Program-made: the position numbers and the translations under genes
Part shown: piece after piece, positions 28,094 to 41,950 of the stretch
Layout: every line of letters starts with the position of its first letter
How positions within the stretch are numbered: position 1 is the first letter of the stretch
Source: Octopus sinensis
Taxonomy: Eukaryota
DNA length: 64,000 nucleotides
Reading direction: 5' to 3'
Assembly (NCBI RefSeq): GCF_006345805.1
Contig: NC_043016.1
Span: forward strand, 25,048,001 to 25,112,000
The notes under the pieces: generated by a model
Told to the model about the DNA's origin: nothing
Seen by the model: only the letters and a program-made list of their open reading frames with translations
Databases searched by the model: none

Positions 28094-28704
28094 CTGTTAT
28101 CAGGTAAAATTTGAGATGCTGCACACCAAATCACATGGTTGGTCATAACAACTTACGACTGTTTTCTTTTCTCCACCTCTACCTGAACAGTGTTCTTCAC
28201 CCTCCTCTATTTCAAGTGTAACCACACCAGTTTGTGCCCTCTTTGTTTTTAAGTTTCCATGTTTTTCATTTGATTAAAAAATGTTGTCTAAGTTGTTCAG
28301 GATTTCCTTTACACTACTAGATGTTAGAACCCTTGCTGGTTTCTTTGTTTGCCTAAACCATACCCATAGCATCAGCTCTTTAATAAATACAGCTTTTATG
28401 TTCTAAACATAACACTTAAATTTGGTAAGGAATTGGCAGAATGTAGTGTTATTTTGAACATAGCTCTGATAGTATGCTTATTGCAGATTCTCTGAATTTT
28501 CTCAGACAAAAACGTAGTGGAATTTGGTTTTTACTTCTGCTTTGAGCATGAGAATAGCTGTGAGTTAGGTATTTGTTATTCAGGAATGATTCTTTCAGGT
28601 AACTCATTTTTTTGAGTTAGCTAATATATATATTCGTATATATTGTTTTGTGCCTGAAGTTGTAGGTATTTAACAATTTAATTATGAAATAGTCAAATGG
28701 CATG

Positions 28705-28712
28705 AGCAGTTA

Positions 28713-28796
<84 letters not shown>

Positions 28797-28820
28797 GTAG
28801 ATAGATAGATAGGTAGATTA
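28705..28820. repeat. (TAGA)n microsatellite
   Basis: Directly visible. Similar tracts at 18555-18650 and 42450-42585. Confidence 0.95.
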
Positions 28821-29900
28821 TGTTATGCACACATTCTTCCATGTGCATGGATACATAGACACACACACACTCACACACATACACACACACACTCACACAC
28901 ATACACACACACACACACACACACATGCATGCATGCATAGTGAGAGAGATGCAGATAAAGCTACATATACATATATATATATTATGGAAATGTACTTGCA
29001 TAGCAAGTGACCTGATCTGAGATCATGTGCTGGAACGAAAACAACTGCAGCGTGGAAAGTGTTTATAAGCCATTTAAGAAACACACAAAAACCACAGAAT
29101 TTTGTCAGTGAACAGGTCACAGTCTCAAAGTGATGAAAATATTTTGACAAATTAAATTTAAATGTTGAGGTGAGTCTAACGGTTTTTGTGTGTTTCTTAA
29201 ATGGCTTATAAACACCTTCCACGCTCTCTGAACGAGAAACATGCAGCAACAGTATGATAGAGTAAAGCTTATTTGCCAACATGAAGTGGCAGTCCTGATT
29301 AGGACAAATATTGCTGTTATTTAGCCCCAGGAAAATATCATCTCCAGTTGGCTATTGAGGCACTAACTGGTTCCTTATATTTTCGGACAAGGGGGATGGT
29401 GTCCCCACTCAGCTCAAAGCAATATCTGTGTACCAATGGTTTCTGGGTTATTTCCCTACATCAGCACAAAATGATCACTTGGCTAGAGATGGCGACACTA
29501 GTTCTTGTTCAAAGTATATACTTTTCAAAGTGACACACACACACACGTTTATTAATCCCAAGAAACATTGTTTCAAGCTGGCTATGTGACACATTATGTG
29601 TGTCCTTATATTTTCGAACCAGGAATTCAGCATCCCTGCCCCAGCACAAAACAATATCTGTGGACTAGTTTCAGGATTATTGCTCTTCATCTACACAGAG
29701 TAGCTGCTAGGCTTGGTAGCATTGCTGAATTCATGGTTCAAACATATAGATATTAATGTGACACACTGCCACTGATCTATAAATAGAAATAATATTATTT
29801 CTAAATCTCTCAGAGAGAGAGAGAGAGACATACAGTAATGTTTCTTTAAAGTAAAATTTATTTGCCACATAACATGGCTGTCCTGGAAGGGATGTTGTTA

Positions 29901-30195
29901 CTGTTTATTAACCCCAAGAAACATTGTTTCAAGCTGGCTATGTGATACATTATGTGTGTCCTTATATTTTTGAACCAGGAATTCAGCATCCCCATCCCAG
30001 CACTAAACAACATCTGTGGACTAGTTCCAGGGTTATTGCTCTTCAAAGGTCTATGATCAGTGGCTGTATGCCACACTGAAATCTATATGTTCGAACCGTA
30101 AATTCAGCAACACCACCTAGCCAAAACAGCTACTCTGTGTTGATGATATACCGAATAGCCAGCTTGCAACAATGTTTCTTGGAGCTAATAAACAG
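29901..30195. mobile_element. Tc1/mariner-type MITE
   Basis: About 40-bp imperfect TIR ctgtttattaaccccaagaaacattgtttcaagctggctat / atagccagcttgcaacaatgtttcttggagctaataaacag, with TA on both sides. Confidence 0.75.
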
Positions 30196-30229
30196 TATCA
30201 ATGTTTAGCCTCTGCCTCATTCATTTTAG

Positions 30230-30800
30230 CTAAAGGCAGTCTACATCACTGTTTATGTGGAAATTATATGTGCTTGTTAGTATTTTCAGTTTTTTTTTAT
30301 TAATGGCTCAGATTTCATCAAGCATCCAATCAAGCAGCCCAAATGTTGGTATTAATACTGGCATTGCAAACACATTCTGGGCCACTGTTTTATTGAATGC
30401 AGAGAGTTCTGAGGTTCAAATTTTCTTTATTCAGTTGTAATATTCTTTAGTGACATGTGTTTTGTTACAGGTGCCACATTAAGATATATTTTCATCCACC
30501 CCTATATACCAGTATCATTCCTCATCAGATATTAGGGAAACAGTCAAACCATTGATGGAGGTATTAAAAGTCGGGTTTATAATTTCCCCCCCTTTTCACA
30601 ACCATATTAATGACATTTATCATGACCAAACTACAACGCAACGTCCTTTGAGAATATTGTAACAAGGTCAAGGCTCTTTTTCCTCTCATGCATATCCTTT
30701 GCATAAAGTTTTAAGTCATCCACAAAGAAACATTTTATAATTTTGGTGTTTCTGTTTCCTTGTGAACCAGTGAGATATCCTTCAGACTTCCTTAACATGA
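30230..30800 (-). mobile_element. R4/Dong-like non-LTR retrotransposon RT fragment
   Basis: FFVDDLKLYAK, FGHDKC and SELSAFNKTVAQNVFAMPVLIPTFG match R4/Dong RT motifs. Confidence 0.7.
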
Positions 30801-30803
30801 ATA

Positions 30804-30834
<31 letters not shown>

Positions 30835-31300
30835 TGTATGTATGTATGTATGTATGTATGTATGTATGTATGTATGTATGTATGTATGTATGTGTGTATG
30901 TAAGTATGTACGTACGTACATATGTACTTACGTACGTATGTATGTATTTATGCATTTATGTATGTATGCATGCATGCATGCTTGTATGTATGTATGTATG
31001 TTTCTATGTATGTATTTCTATATGTATGAATGGATGGATGGATGGATGGATTGATGGATGGATGGATGGACGGATGGATGGATAGATGTAGATATGAATG
31101 TATGTATGTATGATGCAAACTATATATTACTAAAAACAACTTTGTCCCTATACATGCATAAAAGACTGAAAAATGAAAGTGCTTACACATAATATGAAAA
31201 TTTCCTTCTGAAAGTGCAATTGTTATTCTGTTTCTCTAAGATTTTTTGAAATAGTTAACAATTTTTGAGAAAGAACTTTCTTCAAATGTGTGTGTATGTA

Positions 31301-31344
<44 letters not shown>

Positions 31345-33098
31345 TGTGTGTGTGTGTGTGTGTGTACAAATGCCGATCTCTAACTGTGGAAGGAACCTGG
31401 GAATGAGGTAGACCCAGGAAGACATGGGAGAAGGTGATGAAGCATGATCTTTGAACACTGGGCCTCATGGAGGAAATGACAAGTGACTGTGACCTTTGGT
31501 GATATGCCATGCTTGAGAAAACCTGTCAAGCCAAGTGAAATCACAATTATGGCCAATGCTGTGTTGTGTAACTGGTGCTCATGCCGTGACATATAAAAAG
31601 TACCCTTCAAATGTTGGCCGATATTTTATGCTTGAGAAGACCCATCAAGCCAAGTGAAATTGTAATTGTGGTCAAAGCCAGTGTCACATATCTGGCACCT
31701 GTGCCAGTGGCATGTACAAAGCACCCTCCAAGTTTTGGGCCTTATCAAGACAGTGACAAGTGGACAAGACTTTTGGCAATATACTGTGTTTGAGAAGAAC
31801 TGCCATGCCGGTACTTTGTAACAGGCACCCATGCCAGTGGCACGTAAAAAGCATCCACAACACTGTTGGAGTGATTTGGTGTTAGGAAAGGCATCCATGC
31901 TTTAGGAACCATGCCAAATCAGATTGAAAACTGGTGCAGCTCTCCAGCTTACCAGTTTTCAGTCAAGCCGTCCAACCCATACCAGCATGAAAAAAAAAAG
32001 GGCGTTAAATGATGGTGGTGGTGGTGGTGGTGGTGGTGATAATAGTGATGATGATGATGATGAGGAGGAGGAGGATATACATATGATAATACATTATAAC
32101 TAAAAGGCTCCAATTTCCAATATTCAGAGTTGCTTGTTTCTGATCATCAGTTGATAAACCAAGCTTCATTTTCTTTTGAATATCCACTGTCTGAATATTT
32201 TTTTGAAATACGAAATGAAAGTTTGAAGGAAGCTCTTATCATTACCTTTATTCATTTAAAAATCTTTGTGAATGACATGTGCAAAAACGACTGCTTCAGG
32301 CTCATACTTTTGATTTCATTTCTGCTTCTCATTTATTACAAACATCATAAACTCTATAGAAGCAAAGTCATGAAATTGCATTGCTTTGTCAGCAACATTC
32401 CAAAATAATACTTTTAAGGAATACTTTTAATTGTTGTTTTTAAAAACAATGAATGTATATGCCGGTGTATATACACGTGCACACACACACACACACAAAC
32501 GCAGAGGCACATTCACATTAAAACATATATGAATAAAGCTTATTATACATTTCAAACACTGTTTTTTTTTTTGAACCAGAACAAAATTCAAGGAGGTTTT
32601 AAATTTTTAATTTCATAAAAGATACTTGGCCTTGTGCTTACAAGGCATTAACAACTCATTTCTTTTATTCAACCTATTGGTGCTTTGAGTCAAAATTCTC
32701 AGTTTTTTGCTCAATCAAAAATCACACCACATCTATGATTTGAAGCTCCCATCCCTGTAAGGTTGTACTTTAGCTAAGATAGACCAGCTAATTTTGAATT
32801 CATGAGGACTTGTCTCACACAAGAACCATAGTTTTTCCAAAGCTGTACTAAATTCTCTGTTAGAGCTAACAAATCAATGTTTCTGCTTGTAATGACAGAT
32901 TTTGAATGTGTGTTCTGTTGCCCCAATATATGTTTTAGGTTTCAAAAAATATTCAGGCAGTGGATATTTAAAAGAAAATCAGGTTTGGTTTAATACCTAA
33001 TAATGAAAAAACCAGCAACCATCAGTCACTAGTCATTGCCTCTGTGAAACCCAAAGTTCAAAGATCATGCTCCACCGCCTCATCCCATATATACCATT

Positions 33099-33319
33099 CC
33101 CTTTTGTTACTGCATTTATTTTGAGAAGCTCTGTGTTTCCTTCAATTACTTTAAATATAACAAAGGATTTAGTAAAATAACTTAGTCGTCATTCAGCTAG
33201 TGTTAGGAACATAAATTGTGACTAAGGTTTGGTGGAAGATTTTAATTCAAAACTTATGATAACAAGACATTTGTATTACAGAGCCAGAGCTGGTTTCAGC
33301 CAGGCTGGTAACAAAAGGG
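33099..33319. mobile_element. piggyBac-like MITE, same family as 1316-1532
   Basis: Direct similarity to the first copy; ends gggTTAA. Confidence 0.7.
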
Positions 33320-34429
33320 TTAACTCTAATTTCCCATGCTGCCATGAGACAGACACTTTGAAGGATCTGGCAAGCTGCAGGGTGTGCCAAGCTTCAGTGT
33401 CAACTTTGACATGGTCACTGCAACTGGATGCCCTTCCTAACACCAATCCCCTTACAGTGTGTACTAGGTGCTTTTTTTATACCACTAGCAGAAGTAAGGT
33501 TGCCAAGTATGCTGTGAGGCAGAAAAGGAATGGAAAAACCCCTGTGAATATAGGAGAGGGAAGTTATTGGGAAAGAGGAGGGGGCTTTATGCAAGGTGCT
33601 GAGAGGCTAAATATGATGGAGGGACAAGCACAGATGTCTTGCTATAGGGGACACACATGGATACCCAACATTATATGAGGGTGAGTAGTAGTAATTGGGA
33701 AGAAGATAAAGAGATGAGTGAAGGAGTACCAGAGCGAACTCTCAGGGTACAAGGTGAGCCTAAGAGAGGACATGATGAGTGGATTCAGGGGAAAAGAGAG
33801 AGTGGGCAGTTTTACAAGAGTGTGGGGGTGTTTAGAGATGGGGTTAGAGGTGAATATAATGAATGAGCAATGGTGGATGTACATTAGTGGGAAATGTCAG
33901 TAAGGTGAGCAAGATAGCAGTGGATCAGGAGGCTAGATCATAAGGTAGAGGGCTGAGGTACTGTATAAAAGAGTGTTGGAGAGGGAGAGGTGGGATACAT
34001 AAAATGTGCATAGTGAGGGGGGCATGCTGGTGGATATGAGAGGCTGTTAAGAACGGAGCATGATGGTGGATATGAGAAGCTGTTAAGCAGGTATGTAAGG
34101 TGATAAGATGTAGTTAGAAAAGGGAGCTGTCTAGAGGCACAGAAAGGCGGTGTTTGGTAAGAATAATGTAGGAAAGGAAGGGAGGATAATGAGAATAAGG
34201 GACGGAATGCTCCAGGAGGGGAGGAGTTAACTGGCGGTGCAGGAGGAGCAATATGTGTCAATTCTGCTCTTAGGAGATCACAGCTGCTGGGTAGTGCCAT
34301 AGATAAAGGAGTGGTGGGGTGGGGGACACTGGGTGTTAGAGAATTGAGGCAAAGTGAGTTATAAGCCTATACAAGCTGTTTTTAGGACATTATTTTTACT
34401 ATGATGGATGGGTCTCAAGCACAGTGGAT

Positions 34430-35440
34430 CACCTATAATCTCAGTCTTTTGTCATCTCCTCTGTTAGGCTCAACATCTTGATATCCACCTTCATTGCTTT
34501 ATCGTGTTTTCTTAGGCCTCTCTCTTCCATAAGTTCCAATCCAATTTAAGTGATTGACACTTCTTTATGTAGCAGCTATCATTCATATATACTTCACATG
34601 ACCATACCAGTGTAGTCTTCTCCGTTGCTCACTGCATCTGATTCCTCTTATGCCTAACTTTTCTCTTAATAACTTAGCACTTTGTTCAACATGTACACTA
34701 ATATTGCACTCCCAACAGAGTATATTAGTTTCATTCTACTCTAGTCTTTGCATGTCCTCTGCATGCATGACCCTTGTCTTACTATCATCTAGCATTGCTA
34801 TTCATACACATGCATTATACAATCTATCCTTCACTTGGAGAGAGAGAGAGAGTGTGTGTGTGTGTGAGAGAGAGGAGAGAAAGAGAGAGAGAGAGAGAGA
34901 GAGGCAGACAGACAGGCAGGCAAGCAGAGACAGAGAGACTTTTGGGGGACAACATAGGTAATAGCTCTCTGAACTTCTTCCACTCTATTCTTATTGTAGT
35001 AACTGTATTTTCAGAACATCATCCTCCACCACTAACTGGATCGCCTAGGTATCAGAAAACACCTACTACCTCTTGGTAACTTCCAGGGCATTAGAGAAAA
35101 TCTGTGTCCTGCGTAACCTTAGTGTATATTGCTTCAATATGTCTTCCACATACAAACACTACTTATTCTGTTAACCTTCCTATGCTTCCACTGCACCTTT
35201 TGTGTATCCAAAGTTTGCATTAGGTACACCGTATGAAATTCCTGCCTTTGTCTTCCCAACATAATGACCAAGGTCATTTACATGAGGGGAGGTGATACTG
35301 CCTGTTTCCCTCCTTACAAGAACTTCGGTCTTTGCTAAGTTAACTTTGAGGCCTTTTGATTCCAGGTTCTGCTTCCATACCTAGAATTTTTCACCAGGCT
35401 GTCAGTAATAGGAACTGATTAAGGGGTTGTGGTATGAGAC
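34430..35440 (-). mobile_element. Degenerate RTE-type LINE fragment (RT end to C-terminus)
   Basis: WKQNLESKGLKVNLAKT, then LHWYGHV-like and RPKKT-like remnants, interrupted by (GA)n. Confidence 0.65.
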
Positions 35441-35772
35441 TAAATCACATTGACCAGGTACATGTTACTGACAGCTAGACAAGCTGATTGGTCAATTGTT
35501 GTCTGAGACTGAACGACATTGACCTGGTACTTATTTATGGCAGCTTGGTAACTGGAGTTAATGTACACAAAAATATCTGTCCTGAAGCACAATAAAATCA
35601 TTGCAGTGAATCTGATCATTTGCGTTGTATTATTCCAAGTAAACACTCACCCTTTTACAATTTATTCAAATTCTACTGAATTTCTCTATAACTCTGATAC
35701 TATGTCTAGAACCTTCAGCTTACCGATACTAGAATAACACCACTCACAAAAATACATGCATACACACATATG

Positions 35773-35818
<46 letters not shown>

Positions 35819-36454
35819 TTTATATATGTATGTAGATGCATACATGTAGTGTGTGTATGTGTGTGTGTGTGTGTGTGTAGTGTCTCTATTTCTCACCTTC
35901 TTTTATACAATTAGACAAATATACCAAAATAACATAGTGCCACCCATCCCCCCACAATTTCTCTCTCTTTCAAACAAACACACACATACACACATAAATA
36001 ACATAAATACATTGTTGAGCTTAAGGTGGTGAGCTGGCAGAAACGTTAGTACAACTGGGCAAAATGCTAGCAGTATTTTGTCTGCCGCTACGTTCTGAGT
36101 TCAAATTCTACTGAGGTTACTTTGCCTTTCATCTTTTCAGGGTCAATAAATAAAGTACCTGGGGTCAATCTAATTGACTGGCTCCCGTCCCCCAAAATTT
36201 TGGGCCTTGTGCCTAGGGTAGAAAAGAAATATGTTTTTGAGCTAATGAGGGAGCATTTGCATGGTTGTTGAATCTACTAAAAATAGCAGCCAAATCTCCA
36301 TCAGATTACATCCCATCATCTTAGAGAGAAACAAGTGTGTTGTTAATGTGGTCTTAGTTTTGCTGAAAAAAAGAAAAAAAATAGAATAAGAAGTGATGAT
36401 CATGGGTGGAGTGCTTTTAAAGGCAGGTTTGTTGGATCAGAGCTCACCTTGTGC

Positions 36455-36745
36455 TAAACAATAACACCACCACCACCAACAACAACAACAACATCACCAA
36501 CAAAAAAAAACAACAACACCACTAACAAGAAGAACAACAACAACCAAACAACTACAATAGAAGCAGCATCAACTACAATCACAACACCAATAACAATAAC
36601 ATCAGCAGGAACAATCATAGCACTAATAGCAGCAGCAGCAGCAGCAACAACAACAACAACAACAACAACAACAGCAGTGACAATAGCAGCAGCAACAACA
36701 ACTATAACAACAGAAACAAAATCAAACATTATCATTAACAACAGC
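36455..36745. repeat. (CAA/CAG/AAC)n trinucleotide low-complexity tract
   Basis: Directly visible. Confidence 0.9.
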
Positions 36746-38884
36746 AAGGATGTTATAGGTTCAAGCTGACAAATGATCTGGTTTTGTTATGTTTCTTGTT
36801 GTTTAGTTTCCTTTTCTGTAAACAGTAATCATTATCACATTCTCTCTCTCCACCCCTCACCTCTCACCCTCCCTCTTTCTCTCCCTTTCCCTCTCTCGCT
36901 ATCTTTCTCCCTCTTGCGCCCTCACTTTCCGTCTCTCCGCTCTCTTTCCCTCTCTCCCTACCCCTCTCTCTCTCTCTCTTTCTCCCCCCCTTTCCGTCTC
37001 TCCGTTCTCTCCCTACCCCCACTCTCTCATCTGCTCCTCCATTTTATACAATTAGACAAATATACCAATTTGTGTGTGTGTGGAAGAATCCACATCTACA
37101 CACACGCACACATGCGCGCACGCACACATGCGCGCACGCACACATGCGCGCATGCACACACATACAAATTGGTGAAAGGACATTGAACATAGTGAGAAAA
37201 TTATTGATCACATGTTATTTATTACACAAACAATTTTTGGGGTTTTTTTTTGTATTTCTGCTGTTGTTGTTATTATCATTATTATTATTATTATGATCAT
37301 GTTCATGATCATCATCATCACCATCATTATTTTCTTTCTCAAATGAATGGAAGTTCGAATGCAGTGTGATTGACAGATCAATAGTATTTACAGTCATGAT
37401 CGATTAGAACACGTCTAAAACGCCACCACGTCGAGCCTCATGAATGCACCAAAATTCTGCTTTTTTTACTTCTCTATCACCCATCAACCATTCCCCCATC
37501 TCCCATCACCCATCGACCATCCCCCATCTCCCATCACCCATCGACCATTCCCCCATCTCCCATCCCCCATCCCCTATCCTTCTTCCTCCTCCTCTTTCCC
37601 CTACCATCACCACACCACGCCACGCCACCATCACCACCCTGCCCCTTTCACCCTCCACCCAATTATTGTTCTCGATTTTGTTTTACAGAATAAAAATATA
37701 TTCGACCATAGTCTGGAAGTTCAAAAAAGAATTATACTAACGTTTCGTGTACCATTTCCAGCTCTCTATATATGTCTATCTTTCTGTCTATTTTTCTCTC
37801 CCTCTCTTTTTCTCTCCCTGTCTCCCCATCTTTGTTGTTGTTGGATTTTAAAAATTTCTTTTGCAGTGGAGGAGGGTTTGTCTGATTTTAGTTCATTATA
37901 TTTCCTTTTATCATATTTTATTGAACTATTTTGCTATTTTATTCTTTGTGTTCAATAATATTGAAAGTGTGTATACACGTTTTATGCGCCTGTATTTCTA
38001 TAAGCGTATGGCTTAGAGTTAGAGAGGCAATCATGAAAATCATACACTAATGTTAATGCTAGTTGCCTTGTTACATGCAAATATTTATATATACATGGGT
38101 GTGTGTATGTGCATGCATGCATGCATATTTGTGAATATGTATGTATCATCATCATCATCAACATCATCATCATTTAACGTCTGCTTTCCATGCTAACATA
38201 GGTTGGACGATTTGACTGAGGTCTGGTGAACCAGATGGCTGCACCAGGCTCCAATCTTGATCTGGCAGAGTTTCTACAGCTGGATGCTCTTCCTAATGCC
38301 AACCACTCCAAGAGTGTTATGGATGCTTTTACGTGCTGCCGGCATGGGGGCCAGTCAGGTGGTACTGGCACTGACTTCGCTCAAATCTTTTTACACATGC
38401 CACCAGCACAGGTGCCAGTTAGGCAATGCTGGTAACGATCATGATCAAATGGTGCCTTTTACAGCCACCGGCATGGAAGCCAGTTAGCCACTCTGGCAAC
38501 GATCACGCTTGGACGGTGCTCTTAGCACCCTACTAGCACAAGGCTCAAGTACCAGTAAGGTGACACTGGTAACGATCATACTCGAATGGTGCCTTTTATG
38601 TGCCACTGGCACGGAAGCCAGTTAGCTGCTCTGTCAACGATCACACTCGTATGGTGCTCTTTGAACCCCGCTAGCACAGATGCCAGACATCGAATTTGAT
38701 TTCGATTTCACTTGCTTCAACAGGTCTTCGCAAGCAGAGTTTAGTGTCCAAAGAAGGAAAAGGTACGCATAAGTGGGCTAGTTACGCCCCTGGCTTAGGC
38801 CACAAGGTTATGGTCTCATTTGGCTTGCTGGGTCTTCTCACGCACAGCATATTTCCAAAAGTCTTGGTCACTAGTCATTTCCTT

Positions 38885-39125
38885 GGTGAGGCCTAAAGTT
38901 CAAAGGTTGTGCTTCACCACCTCATCCCAGGTCTTCCCAGGTCTACCTCTTCCACACGTTCCCTCAACTGCTACGGTGTGGCACTTTTTCACACAGCTAT
39001 CCTCATCCATTCTCGCCACATGACCATACCAGTGCAGTCGTCTCTCTAACACACCACATCTGATGCTTCTCAGGTTCAACTTTTCTTTCAAAGTACTTAC
39101 ATTCTGTCGAGTATGCACACTGACA
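38885..39125 (-). mobile_element. RTE-type LINE 3' ORF fragment
   Basis: ERRLHWYGHVARMDEDSCVKKC...GRGRPGKTWDEVV. A related copy lies at 43100-43480 (+). Confidence 0.8.
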
Positions 39126-39540
39126 TTACGTTGGTTAATCTGTGGTTTTCACCATTTTCTAATTATTTGCATTGGTTCCTGATAAACTCTTGTTACCTGC
39201 ACTCTACATGCATAGTGTGCCTGCACACCAATGCCTAGGGATAATACAAGTAATAGATATCAATAGTATTACGGATATTTTATCCCTTAGTCAGTTATTA
39301 TAACCACAAACTCTGTTTTTTCCGGTCTTTCAAAATCTGATCTCGTGTGTACCGTTGGCGATTTTTTTTCCTCTGTCTTCCCTTCTCGGGATCTTTCCAT
39401 CTCCTATGATTCCAACGAAGAGCTCCGCTCGAAACGTTAAACCCTCCTCTTCCCTTCTTTCCCGAGCATCCAATAATACTATATTTGTTCCACGTCCTCG
39501 CGTTGTTGTGTTTTTTTGTTTTTCTTGTTTGGATTAACTT

Positions 39541-39571
<31 letters not shown>

Positions 39572-39608
39572 GTTTAGGCATGTAATTTTCAGAAAAACAG
39601 CATTGATA

Positions 39609-39683
<75 letters not shown>

Positions 39684-40143
39684 TAAATCCAAACAAGAAA
39701 GCACAAAAAACACAACGCGAGGCGTGGAACAAATATAGTATTATTGAATGCTTTCGGTCATGACTGACCATAGCATTGCACCTAGAAAGTTTAACTCCCA
39801 AGCACAAGTCCAGGCAAGATTGTTTATGGAAGTCAGCAGTCGCCCATGTATACGGCCTCCCCTCTCCACACCACTTATCAAAGGGAAAGGCAAAGGCCAA
39901 AACAGCTGGCACCTGTGACGTCACAACTCATTTCTACAGCTGAGTGAACTCACAACCTCACAATCGTAAGTTCGACACTCTAACCACTGAGCATGCACCT
40001 TCACACACACACATATACATATACATATATATAAATATATAATATATATATATATATATAATATATATATATAACATTATCATAGTTCGATACCAAAATT
40101 AAAAATAGTATTTGGTATCGAACTATGATAATGTTATTAGAGG

Positions 40144-40236
40144 CTGATGATTGGGGTCACATTCTAAGAAAGGTTCCTGTAAACACTGCATGCTTAAGGA
40201 ATCGTAAAAGAACCTCAAGAAACACGTGTAGCTGAG
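40144..40236 (+). ncRNA. Type I hammerhead ribozyme-like motif (weak helix I)
   Basis: CTGATGA at 40144-40150, helix II ttggggt/acctcaa, GAAA at 40219-40222, then CACGTGTA with a GUA triplet ending at 40230. Confidence 0.55.
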
Positions 40237-41339
40237 AAATGAGTAGTAAGTATTAATTAAGATTCTTTTATATAATGTGATGAAGATGATACTATCTCTA
40301 AATAACATAATAATATATATATATATCTGTAAAATAATATGTGACAATTATTCGGAAGCCAAGCTAAAACTCTGAGTTTCAGGTGCCAAGGTTGAAATCC
40401 ACACCACCATCTCTTCGGTTATATATATATATATATATATATATATGCATATATTATCTATATATATAAAATTGAGAATGTGTGTCTGTCTGTCTGTGTG
40501 TTTCCTTAAAACTTGAGAACTACACAACCAATTTCATTCAAATTTTACACATGCCTTACTTAGGGTCCGGGGAGTGTCATCGGCCAAAAAAAAAATGTTC
40601 AACTTCTTGCCTAGAGCGAGAGCCCATAGCAATATCATAATCTTCTCACTATTTCAGTATTATGTGTTAAAAGTGAAACAAAAATTTCTCTATTTTATGT
40701 CAGATACTATCACTTTAACTATAAAAAATTAGAGATAATAATAACAATTGAATTATATGTAGTAAGTAATAATTAAAATCAAAATAAAGTATAATATAAT
40801 AGTAACATAAACAAAAGTAAAAATAGCAATTGGTATAAAATTGCATCAATGACTTGAACTTGAATAAGTGGTTTCACATGAATGAGAAATAAATTAATAA
40901 AAAATAAAATTAGTGTGCAGAAATGGAATAGTCCAGATAGAGCTGTGCACATACCTTTTACCATGGCTTTCACATTATATTATCTGCTAATTAGCTAGCA
41001 TTAAGTAATCTATATGAAGTTTGGCTGTATGTAAGTCTGTTCTCGGAACAACTGCTTCTACTGAGTACTGCTGTTGGTTTATTTCATACATAAAGGGACT
41101 ATAGCTTCAACTGTGTACTGCTTTTTGATTCACCGTAAGGTTGTTTTTATTATTATTACTGTTTAACTATAGTTATCACGTTTGTTGGGTCCTCGTAAAG
41201 GGAAACGTTGTTGTGTTGCATTTGTTAAATGTGTAAACAATTTTAACTTGTAACCCTCCCTCTTTGGAGAAGGAGCTTTGGTTATTGTTTCAAAATTGAA
41301 TTGTGTCCCTGTTTGGGGAAATTGACAATATTTTCACCG

Positions 41340-41950
41340 TTTATATGGAAGCATTTTGTTTAGAATGCCTTTGATAGAAGAAAGTTCAAAAATGAATTTC
41401 ACTGCAGCCGTCAGCGGGTGCGAACTCATCGAAATTAAAAAGGAAGAAATACAAACCTATTTCGGATTGATCATCGACAAAGATGGTGAATCTAGGATAA
41501 CACCACCAAACCAATAAAAAATTAAATTAAAGGAAAGATTATTGTCTATAAAGTATACAATGTAGAGAAAAAAAAGATTTGAACACCTGGAGGAAAGCAC
41601 CATTGAAAAGTGTCTTAGTGCGACTATGAAAGATATCTAACCAGAGGCGGTAAATTCGCCACAATAGAAGCAAGGTTCGAGTCAATGGAGCGTGCATGGG
41701 AGTACTCAACTCGAACCTTGCAAAGTGGAAATATTTTATTTTTACCTTTATATCTGGGACGTAGGACGTCTCGGATAAAAATTAAAAATTGTCCCCCCAG
41801 AAGTAGAGGTAGGCTGGATTGTAGTCACACTTCTATACAAGAGGGAGGACAAGATACAATTGATCGAAATTGCAAGAGACAGGCCTACAATTCCAGTCTG
41901 TTATATATTTTGAGTATTGTTATCACTAGCGATATCAAGATATAACTTTG
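41340..41950 (+). mobile_element. Decayed non-LTR retrotransposon ORF1-like remnant
   Basis: Frameshifted peptide ...TRGGKFATIEARFESMERAWEY...RIKIKNCPPEVEVGWIVVTLL... resembles the RRM-like part of L1/Tx1 ORF1. This is pattern recognition only. Confidence 0.4.

Noticed and set aside
36454-36747. PolyQ/polyA-like exon
   Set aside because: A mixed trinucleotide tract with no consistent frame or splice context.
37700-37790. Minus-strand cgaaacgtta as a hammerhead
   Set aside because: The upstream box reads ctggaaa rather than CTGANGA, and the helices are weak.
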